A stretch of 64,000 nucleotides of DNA, taken from assembly GCA_016871445.1 (NCBI GenBank), contig VHDH01000008.1:1801-65800 (forward strand), written 5' to 3'. The notes below the pieces were generated by a model, which was not told where the DNA came from, made no database searches, and was given only the letters and a program-made list of their open reading frames with translations. A program made the position numbers and the translations under genes. This document shows positions 44,294 through 52,774 of the stretch, in pieces. Source of the DNA: Verrucomicrobiota bacterium (GTDB lineage: Bacteria > Verrucomicrobiota > Verrucomicrobiia > Limisphaerales > SXTU01). Position 1 is the first letter of the stretch. Each line of letters opens with the position of its first letter.

Positions 44294-46579
44294 ATGCGCC
44301 GCCTCTTCGCCCTCCTCGCCGCCCTCATGCTAACCACCTCGGCCCACGCCGCCACCGTTCTCGTCGAGGCCGAGTCCTTCAAGACTCCCGGCGGCTGGGT
44401 GCTGGACACGCAGTTCATCGAGACCATGGGCTCGCCCTACCTCATGGCGCACGGCCTCGGCACGCCCGTCGCCGATGCCACCACCACCGTGAAGCTCCCG
44501 CAGGCCGGCAACTGGCGCGTGTGGGTCCGCACGATGGATTGGGTCGGCCGCTGGAAGGCCACCGGCGCGCCGGGCAAATTCCAGGTGCTCGTGGACGGCA
44601 CGCCGCTCAAGGAAACCTTCGGCACCAAGGGCGCGGATTGGGCGTGGCACGACGGCGGTTCCGTGAACTTGGCCAAGCCCGAGGCCACGCTCGCCCTGCG
44701 CGACCTCACCGGCTTCAACGGCCGTTGCGACGCCATTCTCCTCACCACCGACCCCGTGTTCCAGCCGAGCAACGACTCCGCGCCCTTCGCCGCGTGGCGC
44801 ATGGCGCTCGCCGGCTTGCCCACGAAGCCCGAGGAAGCCGGCCAGTTTGACCTCGTCGTGGTCGGCGGCGGCTACGGCGGCATGGGCGCGGCGCTCGCCG
44901 CGGCGCGCATGGGCTGCAAGGTCGCCCTCATTCAGAACCGCCCCGTGCTCGGCGGCAACGGCAGCTCGGAAATCCGCGTGTGGGCCAAGGGCGGCATCCG
45001 CCGCGGCCTCTACCCGATGCTCGGCGAAATCGTCGAGGAGTTCATGGACCAGGCGAAGTCCTCGCCCGGCACGTTCGAGGAGTTCGGTGACGCGAAGAAG
45101 GAGGCCCTTGTGCGCGCGGAGAAGAATGTTGCCCTTTTCCTCAACCACCACGCCTTCCGCGTCGAGGTGAGCGGCAACCGCATCAAGGCCGTCGTCGCCT
45201 TCGACACCCGCACCGGCCACTATAAGCGCTTTGCCGGCACGCTCTTCGTGGACAGCACGGGCCACGCGGGCATCGGCGCGCTCGCCGGCGCGGACCACAC
45301 CACGAAGGACGATGGCCACCTCGGCATGAGCAACATGTGGCGCTGGAGCGACGCCGGGAAACCGATGTCCTTTGCGAACACGCCGTGGGCGCTGGACCTC
45401 CTGATGGACGACTTCCCCTACCCGCGCCGCGGCCACGCCGAGTGGTTTTGGGAAAGCGGTTTCAACAAGCACCCGCTGCGCGAGCTGGAATCCACGCGCG
45501 ACTGGAATTTCCGGGCCATCTTCGGCGCCTTCAACGCCATGAAAAACAGGGACGGCAAGGCCGAGCACGCCAACGCGAAGCTCGACTGGGTCGCCTACGT
45601 CGGCGGCACCCGCGAAAGCCGCCAACTCCTCGGCGACGTCATCCTTACGCGCGAAGACATCGTGGCCAAGAAGCAGTTCCCCGACGGCACGGTGCCGACT
45701 ACTTGGGATATTGACCTCCACTACCCGAAGGAACAATACGCCAAGAAGTTTCCCGAAGACCCGTTCATCTCGAAGGCCGTCTTCGACAAGGCCGTGGACC
45801 GTTTGCACGGCTATCCGGTGCCCTACCGCAGCTTTTACTCGCGCAACATCGAGAACCTGTTCATGGCCGGCCGCAACGTCAGCGTCACGCACGAGGCGCT
45901 CGGCACCGTGCGCGTGATGAAGACCGGCGGGATGATTGGCGAAGTGGTCGGCAAAGCCGCGAGCCTCTGCGTCAAGCACAGCACGACGCCGCGCGCGATT
46001 TACCACTCGCACTTCCCCGAGTTGCAGGCGCTGCTGAAACTTCCCGGCGCCGCCCGCCGCGAGAAAGTCACCGACGAGCCGAAACTCCCCGCCGATTACA
46101 AACCGCTGCCCGCGCAAGTCATCGCCGGCGGCGGTGAAGAGGTCGAAGCCGGCGTGGACCCGAAGAAACTCCCCGGCCTCGTCCTCGACGACGCGCAGGC
46201 CAAGACCACCGGCAAATGGGCCACCGGCGGCAACCCGTCGCTCCAACCCTACGTCGCGAACGGCTACCGCTATCGCGCCGCGAAGGAAGAAGGCGCGATC
46301 CGCTACGAGTTCAAGATCGAGAAGGCCGGTGACTACGAAGTGCGCGTGAGCTACGGCCCGCACGACAACCGCGCCTCAAACGCCCGCGTGGTCATCGAGA
46401 GCGCCGACGGCATGAAGGAAACCACCATCAACCAGCGCAACAAGCCGCCGCTGCCGCAGAACTTCCTCAGCGTCGGCACGTTCAAGTTCGCGCCCGGCAA
46501 ACCCGCCGTCATCACGATTGGCGGCAAGCCCGCCGATGGCAACGTCCACGCCGACGCCGTGCAGTTGCTGCCGAAGTAA
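44294..46579 (+). CDS. secreted FAD-dependent oxidoreductase flanked by carbohydrate-binding-like modules
   Basis: A signal peptide is present. The dinucleotide-binding motif is FDLVVVGGGYGGMGAALAAARMG...GGNGSSE. The N-terminal region reads VEAESFKTPGGWVLD and the C-terminal region reads YEFKIEKAGDYEVRVSYG...VHADAVQLL. Confidence 0.8.
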   Translation: MRRLFALLAALMLTTSAHAATVLVEAESFKTPGGWVLDTQFIETMGSPYLMAHGLGTPVADATTTVKLPQAGNWRVWVRTMDWVGRWKATGAPGKFQVLVDGTPLKETFGTKGADWAWHDGGSVNLAKPEATLALRDLTGFNGRCDAILLTTDPVFQPSNDSAPFAAWRMALAGLPTKPEEAGQFDLVVVGGGYGGMGAALAAARMGCKVALIQNRPVLGGNGSSEIRVWAKGGIRRGLYPMLGEIVEEFMDQAKSSPGTFEEFGDAKKEALVRAEKNVALFLNHHAFRVEVSGNRIKAVVAFDTRTGHYKRFAGTLFVDSTGHAGIGALAGADHTTKDDGHLGMSNMWRWSDAGKPMSFANTPWALDLLMDDFPYPRRGHAEWFWESGFNKHPLRELESTRDWNFRAIFGAFNAMKNRDGKAEHANAKLDWVAYVGGTRESRQLLGDVILTREDIVAKKQFPDGTVPTTWDIDLHYPKEQYAKKFPEDPFISKAVFDKAVDRLHGYPVPYRSFYSRNIENLFMAGRNVSVTHEALGTVRVMKTGGMIGEVVGKAASLCVKHSTTPRAIYHSHFPELQALLKLPGAARREKVTDEPKLPADYKPLPAQVIAGGGEEVEAGVDPKKLPGLVLDDAQAKTTGKWATGGNPSLQPYVANGYRYRAAKEEGAIRYEFKIEKAGDYEVRVSYGPHDNRASNARVVIESADGMKETTINQRNKPPLPQNFLSVGTFKFAPGKPAVITIGGKPADGNVHADAVQLLPK

Positions 46580-46868
46580 ACGTGACGGGGATCCTCCTTT
46601 CCCCCGCACCACCTAGCAGCCGACGACAGGAAGCTTATTCAGAATTCCGCCAGCGACCTGCTGGTGGAAAAACTGCCTGCGAACCTGTCGTCAGCAGCCC
46701 GTCAAAATCGCCCTAAGCCGCTGTAGCGGCGGTCTGTGACCGCCGAGTTTGGACACTTCTTGTTTTTCCTTCGGCACTCACAGAGCGCCGCTACAGTTTC
46801 TGAACGACTGGTAGGGCCGATGAACCGCCGACGGTCAAGTTGCGTCAGTAGCTCGATTGCCACGAGCC

Positions 46869-48245
46869 ATGAACTTCCAAGTCTTTCGCCACATCGCCTT
46901 CGCCGGTTTGCTGCTGGTATGTCCCGGTACGGCCGCCTACGCGGCCCCCGTGCCAGCACCGTGGAAGGCCGGCGTCGCCACCGCCATCATCACGCCGCAG
47001 CAGGCGATGTGGATGGCCGGCTACGCGAGCCGCACCAACGTCAGCCAAGGCAAGTTCGACGACCTGCACGCGAAGGCGCTCGCGGTCGAGGACGAGCGCG
47101 GCGGGCGGATGGTCTTCGTGACGCTCGACCTCATCGGTATTCCGCGCGCGTTAAGAAAGTCATTGGAGGCGCGCGCGGAGAAGGCATGGCAATTACCGCC
47201 GGCTGGGCTGCTGCTGAACGCTTCGCACACGCACAGCGGGCCGGAGTTCCGCGTCGGCCGCGCGCCGGCGGATGACGGTGAGTTCAAACCCAGCACGCTC
47301 GGCGAGAGCTATGGTCGCGACCTGGAAGACAAGTTGTTACTGCTTATCGGCAAGGCGTTGGAAACACGCGCGCCGGCGCGGTTGGCCTACAGTTTCGCGC
47401 GCTGCGGCTTCGCGATGAACCGTCGCCTACCGACGAAAACTGGCTTCAACAACAGTCCGTATCCCGAAGGCCCAGTCGACCAATCGGTGCCTGTGCTTCG
47501 CGTTGAAAGCGCGGACGGCAAGCTGCGCGCGGTGCTCTTCGGCTATGCGTGTCACAACACCACGCTCGGGCTCTACCAGTTCAGCGGTGACTACGCCGGC
47601 TACGCGCAGCAATTCTTCGAGGCCGACCATCCCGGTGTGACCGCCCTCTTCATGCTCGGGTGCGGCGGGGACCAAAACCCCTACCCGCGCGGCACGGTGG
47701 ACCTCGCACAAAAGCACGGTCGAGCGCTCGCCACGGCGGTCGAAGCGGCGCTCGCCACCACGCTCAAGGCCTTGAACGGCCCGCTCCGCAGTGCGTATGT
47801 GGAGATCCAACTCGACTACGCGCCAGCTCCGACGCGCGAGGATTTCACCGCGCGGCTCACCTCGAAGGATCGTTACGAGGCGTCGCACGCGAAGCGGATG
47901 TTGGAGCGGTTGGACAAAGGCGAGAAGCTGCCTACGCAGTATCCGTATCCCGTGCAAGTCGTGCGCTTCGGCGACGCACTAACCTTGGTCGCACTGGGGG
48001 GTGAGGTGGTGGTGGACTACGCGCTGCGGCTAAAGCGGGAACTGGTCGGGCCAGCAATATGGGTCGCGGGCTACTCCAACGATGTGATGGGTTACATCCC
48101 AAGCGTACGCATCCTCAAGGAGGGTGGTTATGAAGGCGGTGGCGCGATGCGCTTCAGCACCACGCATCCTGGGCCATGGGCGGAGTCAACGGAGGAGCGC
48201 ATCGTGAAGCAGGTGCACGAGTTGAACACGAGACTCTCCCAGTAG
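46869..48245 (+). CDS. neutral/alkaline ceramidase N-terminal-domain-like hydrolase, secreted
   Basis: The signal peptide is MNFQVFRHIAFAGLLLVCPGTAAYA. Family-like sequence reads AGVATAIITPQQAMWMAGYASR...LHAKALAVED...FVTLDLIG. Confidence 0.75.
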   Translation: MNFQVFRHIAFAGLLLVCPGTAAYAAPVPAPWKAGVATAIITPQQAMWMAGYASRTNVSQGKFDDLHAKALAVEDERGGRMVFVTLDLIGIPRALRKSLEARAEKAWQLPPAGLLLNASHTHSGPEFRVGRAPADDGEFKPSTLGESYGRDLEDKLLLLIGKALETRAPARLAYSFARCGFAMNRRLPTKTGFNNSPYPEGPVDQSVPVLRVESADGKLRAVLFGYACHNTTLGLYQFSGDYAGYAQQFFEADHPGVTALFMLGCGGDQNPYPRGTVDLAQKHGRALATAVEAALATTLKALNGPLRSAYVEIQLDYAPAPTREDFTARLTSKDRYEASHAKRMLERLDKGEKLPTQYPYPVQVVRFGDALTLVALGGEVVVDYALRLKRELVGPAIWVAGYSNDVMGYIPSVRILKEGGYEGGGAMRFSTTHPGPWAESTEERIVKQVHELNTRLSQ

Positions 48246-48421
48246 GGTAGAAGGGGCCGCAGGCCGAATGAGGAGTGCGAACGCCCATGGTGTCCGAACC
48301 AAAGCCGACACCCCAGGCTCTTTGCCCTCATCCGATGAAGGGAGGGAAGAGTGCTGCGGCCAGTTGGCGATTCGGCAGGGCTTCGTTCGGAATTGGAGTG
48401 AGACTCCTCACGCCGTCTCCG

Positions 48422-49414
48422 TTACTTGCCTAGCGTCATATCCTCCATCAGCGCGATGGCGACAGCTTCGGTGATTTCGCGCACGTCGAAGTTCGTGATG
48501 ATACGGCCGGCGTAGCGGTCACGGCCAAGGATGTCCGAGGCGCTGGCTTGGCCGAGGATCGCGGCGTCCTTGAGGCGGATGGCAGAGACTTGGATGTCGG
48601 GGACTTGATGAACCTTGTCGCCGGAGACTTCGCGGATGAGGAGCTGGCGGCTGGAGATGAGGACTTCAATGGCGACGTCGGCAATTTTCGTGAGCGCCTC
48701 GCGGTCCTTGCGGGCGGCTTCGCCGTTGGTGTCTTTCAGAATCTCGTCTAGCGAACGGTTCGGGATGAACTGGGTGGCGATGCGCTGGTCCGCGAGCGCC
48801 GCGCCGCCCATGCGCAGCGGGCGGCCGAAGAGACGCTCGACGTCGCGGGCGGTCTGCTTGTCGGCAAGCGTCGGCTCGGGGCGGGCGGTGTCGGTGAAAC
48901 GATTGTCGCGGGTTTGGCGCTCGTTGGTGGTGGTGATTTTGCCGGGGCCGGGCGGGAACTGGCCTTGCACGCCACCGCCGGAGAGCGTGACCGTGCCGCC
49001 GGCGTTGATGGTCACGGCGTTATTCGGTGGGGCGACGTTCGCGGGCGCAGCGATGGTGGAGTCCACGGTTGTGCGCGTGGTCTCGGTGCGCTCGTTACGC
49101 GAGGCGAGGCGCGCGCCGGTCTTCTCGTCCACGAGGTCGCGGTTCACATGGATGAGGAAACGCGGGCTGCCGAGCTTGGCGTAGGCGGCCTTGAACTTCT
49201 CGATGACGGTCTGTGCCTGCTGTGGCGTGATGAGTTGCGGCAGTCCGGTGATGGGCTTCTGCTCATACACATAGGTGCCGGGGGCAGCGACGGGCACGGC
49301 GGGCAGCGTAGCGACGGGCACGGGGGCGTTGGCGGGCGGGCGAGCGGGGGACTTAGCCTGACCGAACGCGGCGAGTGGCAGGGCGAGGGCGGTGAGGAGG
49401 AGTGTGGTATTCAT
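48422..49414 (-). CDS. secreted hypothetical protein (last gene of the envelope lipoprotein operon)
   Basis: The signal peptide is MNTTLLLTALALPLAAFGQA, followed by a Pro/Ala-rich linker. There are two alpha/beta-looking halves separated by a Thr/Asn/Gly-rich spacer. Confidence 0.7.
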   Translation of the reverse strand: MNTTLLLTALALPLAAFGQAKSPARPPANAPVPVATLPAVPVAAPGTYVYEQKPITGLPQLITPQQAQTVIEKFKAAYAKLGSPRFLIHVNRDLVDEKTGARLASRNERTETTRTTVDSTIAAPANVAPPNNAVTINAGGTVTLSGGGVQGQFPPGPGKITTTNERQTRDNRFTDTARPEPTLADKQTARDVERLFGRPLRMGGAALADQRIATQFIPNRSLDEILKDTNGEAARKDREALTKIADVAIEVLISSRQLLIREVSGDKVHQVPDIQVSAIRLKDAAILGQASASDILGRDRYAGRIITNFDVREITEAVAIALMEDMTLGK

Positions 49415-49426
49415 TTGAGTATGTGG

Positions 49427-49837
49427 TTAATGAGCCTGACGAACCCGGATGGTGAAGTTTTTGGCTTTGTTATTCAGCGAGACGAACTCGATGGCTTCCT
49501 GCGCGCTTTCGGTGAGGATGAGGTTGGTCCACGGCGTCTCGTCGCCAGTGGCCGCGCCGCCCTCGTCCTTGAACACGCAGCTAATCTGCACCTGGATGCG
49601 CCGCGCCTCGCGGTTGCGCACGTTGGCGACGACGCGCAGGCGGCCGTCCTCCAAGGTCTGCTTCTGGATGCCGGAGCTGGTCACGGAGCGCTGCACCTGC
49701 GCGTCCATGAGCGCGAAGGGCGCCTTGTTTTCGAGGTCGTAGCGCTGGGCGTTGCGGGCTTCGTAAGCGCCGCCGTGCGTGCAGCCGGAGAGGGCGATGG
49801 TGGCGGCAAGGAGGGACAGGGTGAGGATGGTTTTCAT
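49427..49837 (-). CDS. YcfL-like (DUF1425) lipoprotein
   Basis: The ATG at 49837 gives the lipoprotein signal MKTILTLSLLAATIALSGC. Family-like sequence reads LRVVANVRNREARRIQVQISCVF...FTIRVRQA. Confidence 0.65.
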   Translation of the reverse strand: MKTILTLSLLAATIALSGCTHGGAYEARNAQRYDLENKAPFALMDAQVQRSVTSSGIQKQTLEDGRLRVVANVRNREARRIQVQISCVFKDEGGAATGDETPWTNLILTESAQEAIEFVSLNNKAKNFTIRVRQAH

Positions 49838-49936
49838 GGGTTTGATTTCTAAATTAGCCGCGGAAGGGCGCAAAGCGCGGAGAGAAGAAACTCCCCTTTG
49901 CGTGCTCTGCGTTCTTTTAAGGCGAAAGGTCATGGC

Positions 49937-51172
49937 TCAGTGGTCTGAAAGGAAGACGACGGTGTCGCGGCCGGGTTGCACAGTGAAAGTGGCGGTCTTC
50001 ACGCGGTGCGGCGCGCCGGCGGCGTTGAGGAACTCGGCGGTGGCGGTGTGCTGGCCGGGCGGGAGTTCGATGGCGGCGAAGCTGAGGAAGCCGGGGAGAT
50101 TTTCCCAGCAGCGGGTGTCGGCGGTCGGATTCGTTGCGCCGGAGATGAGCTTGCTGGCGAGGCCGAAGAGCAGCAGGCCCGCGCCGACTTCGTCCGCGTT
50201 ACTGTGCCGTTTTTGTTGCGAGGCGAGGATGGCACCGGAGACGATGGCTACATCGCCGACGGAGTCCGCACCGGCCTTGAACTGTGCCTTGCCAGCGAGG
50301 ATGTGGTCCATCACGCGGCCGCCGCGTGTGGTGGCCTGGAAATATAGGTCGTCGTAGCTCGGCGCGGGGAGGGTTTGACTGGCGACTTTGACGGCGGCGG
50401 ACTTTACGCCGGAATTGCCCTTGCTGAAGCGAAGTTGCTCGCGGAACTGACCGGCGGCGTATTTCAACGGACCGTTGCCGAACTCGACGAAGAATAGGAC
50501 GTTCGCGCGAGGGGAGTAGGGCGGGAGTGACGTGGCGCGGGTGTGGGCTTGCGCGCGGGCGAGGGCGTCGGAGCCATCGGCGGCGAGTTTCACGGCGGCG
50601 AGGCCATCGAGGTAATCGAGCAGCGCCCAGTCGCCGGCGTAGGTTTTGTTCACGGCGTCACTGTCGAGGAGTTGGCCGGTGCGGAAGCAGGCACGGGCGT
50701 TGTCGGGTTCGCCGTCCATCCAGTAGAGCATGCCGCGATAGAAGTAGGCCATCACGCGCTCGTAGGGCTCGCCGATGAACATCTTTTTGGCCTCCTCGTT
50801 GAAGAGGCGGCGAGCGCTGGCGGCGTCTTTGTTTGGGCCGAGAATGCCGCCGAGTCGGGAGATGGCGTCGTCGAGTTCGGTCTTGGCTTGGTCGAAGCGG
50901 CCCGCCCGCATGGCGAGCGCGGCGTTGCGGTAGCTCCAGAGGACTTGGTCGCGGCGCGGTGTGGCGGGGGCCTGCGCGGATGGGGAAGCGGAGTTGGCGA
51001 CGGAGCCGTCGGAGTAGGTGGCGCAGCCGGTGAGCGTCAGCAATGCCATGGTAACGCAGGCAAGTGAGGCGAGCCTTTCTTTAGCACCGGGCTCCAGCCC
51101 GGCCTTAGTGAGAGAGGCGCACGATTCGTTTGACTGACGAGCCGGAGGATGGGTTGGCTCGGCGGAGTGCAT
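49937..51172 (-). CDS. COG3014-like TPR-containing lipoprotein
   Basis: The lipobox is LLTLTGC. A characteristic stretch reads FIGEPYERVMAYFYRGMLYWMDGEPDNARACF. I prefer the ATG at 51172 because it removes the 58-nt overlap with the upstream gene. Confidence 0.65.
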   Translation of the reverse strand: MHSAEPTHPPARQSNESCASLTKAGLEPGAKERLASLACVTMALLTLTGCATYSDGSVANSASPSAQAPATPRRDQVLWSYRNAALAMRAGRFDQAKTELDDAISRLGGILGPNKDAASARRLFNEEAKKMFIGEPYERVMAYFYRGMLYWMDGEPDNARACFRTGQLLDSDAVNKTYAGDWALLDYLDGLAAVKLAADGSDALARAQAHTRATSLPPYSPRANVLFFVEFGNGPLKYAAGQFREQLRFSKGNSGVKSAAVKVASQTLPAPSYDDLYFQATTRGGRVMDHILAGKAQFKAGADSVGDVAIVSGAILASQQKRHSNADEVGAGLLLFGLASKLISGATNPTADTRCWENLPGFLSFAAIELPPGQHTATAEFLNAAGAPHRVKTATFTVQPGRDTVVFLSDH

Positions 51173-51225
51173 AGCGCGTTGGTTGAGTTGAGCACCGGCG
51201 GACAAGAGTGTCCGCCTCACGCCGC

Positions 51226-51858
51226 TCAGCGATACACCGCGTCTTCGAGGCCCTGCTTCTTTATTTCCTCGAAGCCTTCCCAAATGATGTCGCTGGTGCG
51301 TGCGTCGATAAGTTGGAAGGTGTAGAGGATGTAGTCGCTCACGCCCTTCGAGGAGCGCGTGGTGAGGCTGGAGAGCTTGCCGGTGAGGAAGAAATCCGCG
51401 CCCTTGAACTCGACGACGTTCGGGTCGCTGCCGCTGGTGACCTGGCCGGAACGCTTAAGGTCGCGCTCGCGTTCGAGCGTGGCCATGCGGTCGCGGGCGA
51501 GGAAGATGACTTTGCCGGCGGCCTGCGAATTGAGCTGCGCACGGATGCGGGTAAGGAAGATGTCCTTGTTAATCGGGAAACGCGTTTCGTTTACCACGGG
51601 GTCGAGCACGACGCGCGGGGTACCCTGCGCGCGGAGGACTTGCGGAATTCCCACGATGCCGCGCGCCATCTTATCGGCCACGCGGACAAGGTCTTGGGAT
51701 TCGACGCCGGTGCCGGCGACGAAACCACGTTCATCCGGGCGCATCTCAGTGACGGAGACGCCACGTGGGTTTTGCACGCCGCTCGCGCACCCAGCCAGCA
51801 GACCAGCGACGGCAACGTAACTCAAGGACACACTCCAACGGGCAAGGTTCAGTTTCAT
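51226..51858 (-). CDS. LpoB-like (COG3417) lipoprotein
   Basis: The lipobox is AGLLAGC. Family-like sequence reads RVVLDPVVNETRFPINKDIFLTRIRAQL and DYILYTFQLIDARTSDIIWEG. It is 210 aa. Confidence 0.7.
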   Translation of the reverse strand: MKLNLARWSVSLSYVAVAGLLAGCASGVQNPRGVSVTEMRPDERGFVAGTGVESQDLVRVADKMARGIVGIPQVLRAQGTPRVVLDPVVNETRFPINKDIFLTRIRAQLNSQAAGKVIFLARDRMATLERERDLKRSGQVTSGSDPNVVEFKGADFFLTGKLSSLTTRSSKGVSDYILYTFQLIDARTSDIIWEGFEEIKKQGLEDAVYR

Positions 51859-51908
51859 AATGAGGGATGTTGAGCGGGTTTTCCCGCCGATGCAATAAAG
51901 GCGAGGAC

Positions 51909-52595
51909 TTAGCGGCCAAAGAGCGCATTCGCTGAGCCCATGGCGCCGCCACCGTAATAGTTGTTGATGATGACGGTCTGGGCTTGGATCGGCGCGGTGC
52001 CGGTGGCTGCGCTAGGCGCGACGTAACCGCTCGCAATGGGTGTGGTCACGACAGCGGGCTGCGCCACGACAACCGGCATTGCGTGTGGATGGTGATAGTG
52101 ATGCAGCGGGTGCGTGGTCACTGGAATTGGCTGGGTAGCTACGGGGGCGTGGTAGTAGTTCGCCGGTTGGCGCAGGCTTTGGTCGGCGATGGCGCCCAAC
52201 ACCAGACCGGAAGCCGCGCCGATGGCGACGCCCTCCGCTGTGCGCCGGCCGTTATTATGGCCGATGACGCCGCCCGCGATGCCGCCCAATACGGTGCCCG
52301 TGGTCGCGTAGCGGTTCTGGCCACCAAAACCGTAGCCGTAGCCAATAGGTCCGGCAACCGACCCAGCCTCCCAGCCGGCCTGGCGCCGGTAGTCATTTGC
52401 CAGCGCGCCGAGCAGCAGGCCCGTGCCCGCGCCGATGCCGATACCCTCGGCGGTCCGGCGGCCCGAGTTGTGCCCAATGACGCCGCCCAGAATGCCGCCC
52501 ATCACGGCCGAGCCGAGGTTGTCGCGGCTAAATAGTTGGGCTTGGGAAGTTAGGGTGGTGGCGAGGACGAGACCGAGTATCAGAAACGTTTTCAT
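51909..52595 (-). CDS. secreted glycine-zipper protein with an internal duplication and a His-rich segment
   Basis: A signal peptide is present. GGILGGVIGHNSGRRTAEGIGIGAGTGLLLGA is repeated as GGIAGGVIGHNNGRRTAEGVAIGAASGLVLGA. A His-rich stretch reads HPLHHYHHPH. Confidence 0.75.
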   Translation of the reverse strand: MKTFLILGLVLATTLTSQAQLFSRDNLGSAVMGGILGGVIGHNSGRRTAEGIGIGAGTGLLLGALANDYRRQAGWEAGSVAGPIGYGYGFGGQNRYATTGTVLGGIAGGVIGHNNGRRTAEGVAIGAASGLVLGAIADQSLRQPANYYHAPVATQPIPVTTHPLHHYHHPHAMPVVVAQPAVVTTPIASGYVAPSAATGTAPIQAQTVIINNYYGGGAMGSANALFGR

Positions 52596-52774
52596 ATTGG
52601 TTTTAGTCTTTAGACTGCGGCGTTCCCTTCGTATTCATATGTATACGTAATATCGGCTAACCGCAAGGACAATCAATAGATTTGATCACCACCGCTAGTA
52701 ATAACCGATGAGCTTTAACAGAAGCCCACCCCTGCTGGGTTGCGTGCTGAAAATGGAAGTCGGCGGCTCAGGCG

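Noticed and set aside
44330-46363. A 677-aa minus-strand ORF, with similar long track ORFs at 36499..38277, 6819..8066, 7619..8911, 5910..6818, 661..1512, 9456..10289, 11519..12487, 56048..57211, 58993..59742 and 29303..30118.
   Set aside because: Each is antisense to a gene with clear family motifs. Each is Arg/Ala/Gly/Pro-rich low-complexity sequence with no recognisable domains. These are shadow ORFs typical of high-GC DNA.
51173-51283. A 58-nt overlap between the LpoB-like gene and the COG3014-like gene.
   Set aside because: It is resolved by using the internal ATG at 51172, which still precedes the lipobox. The overlap is an ORF-track artefact.
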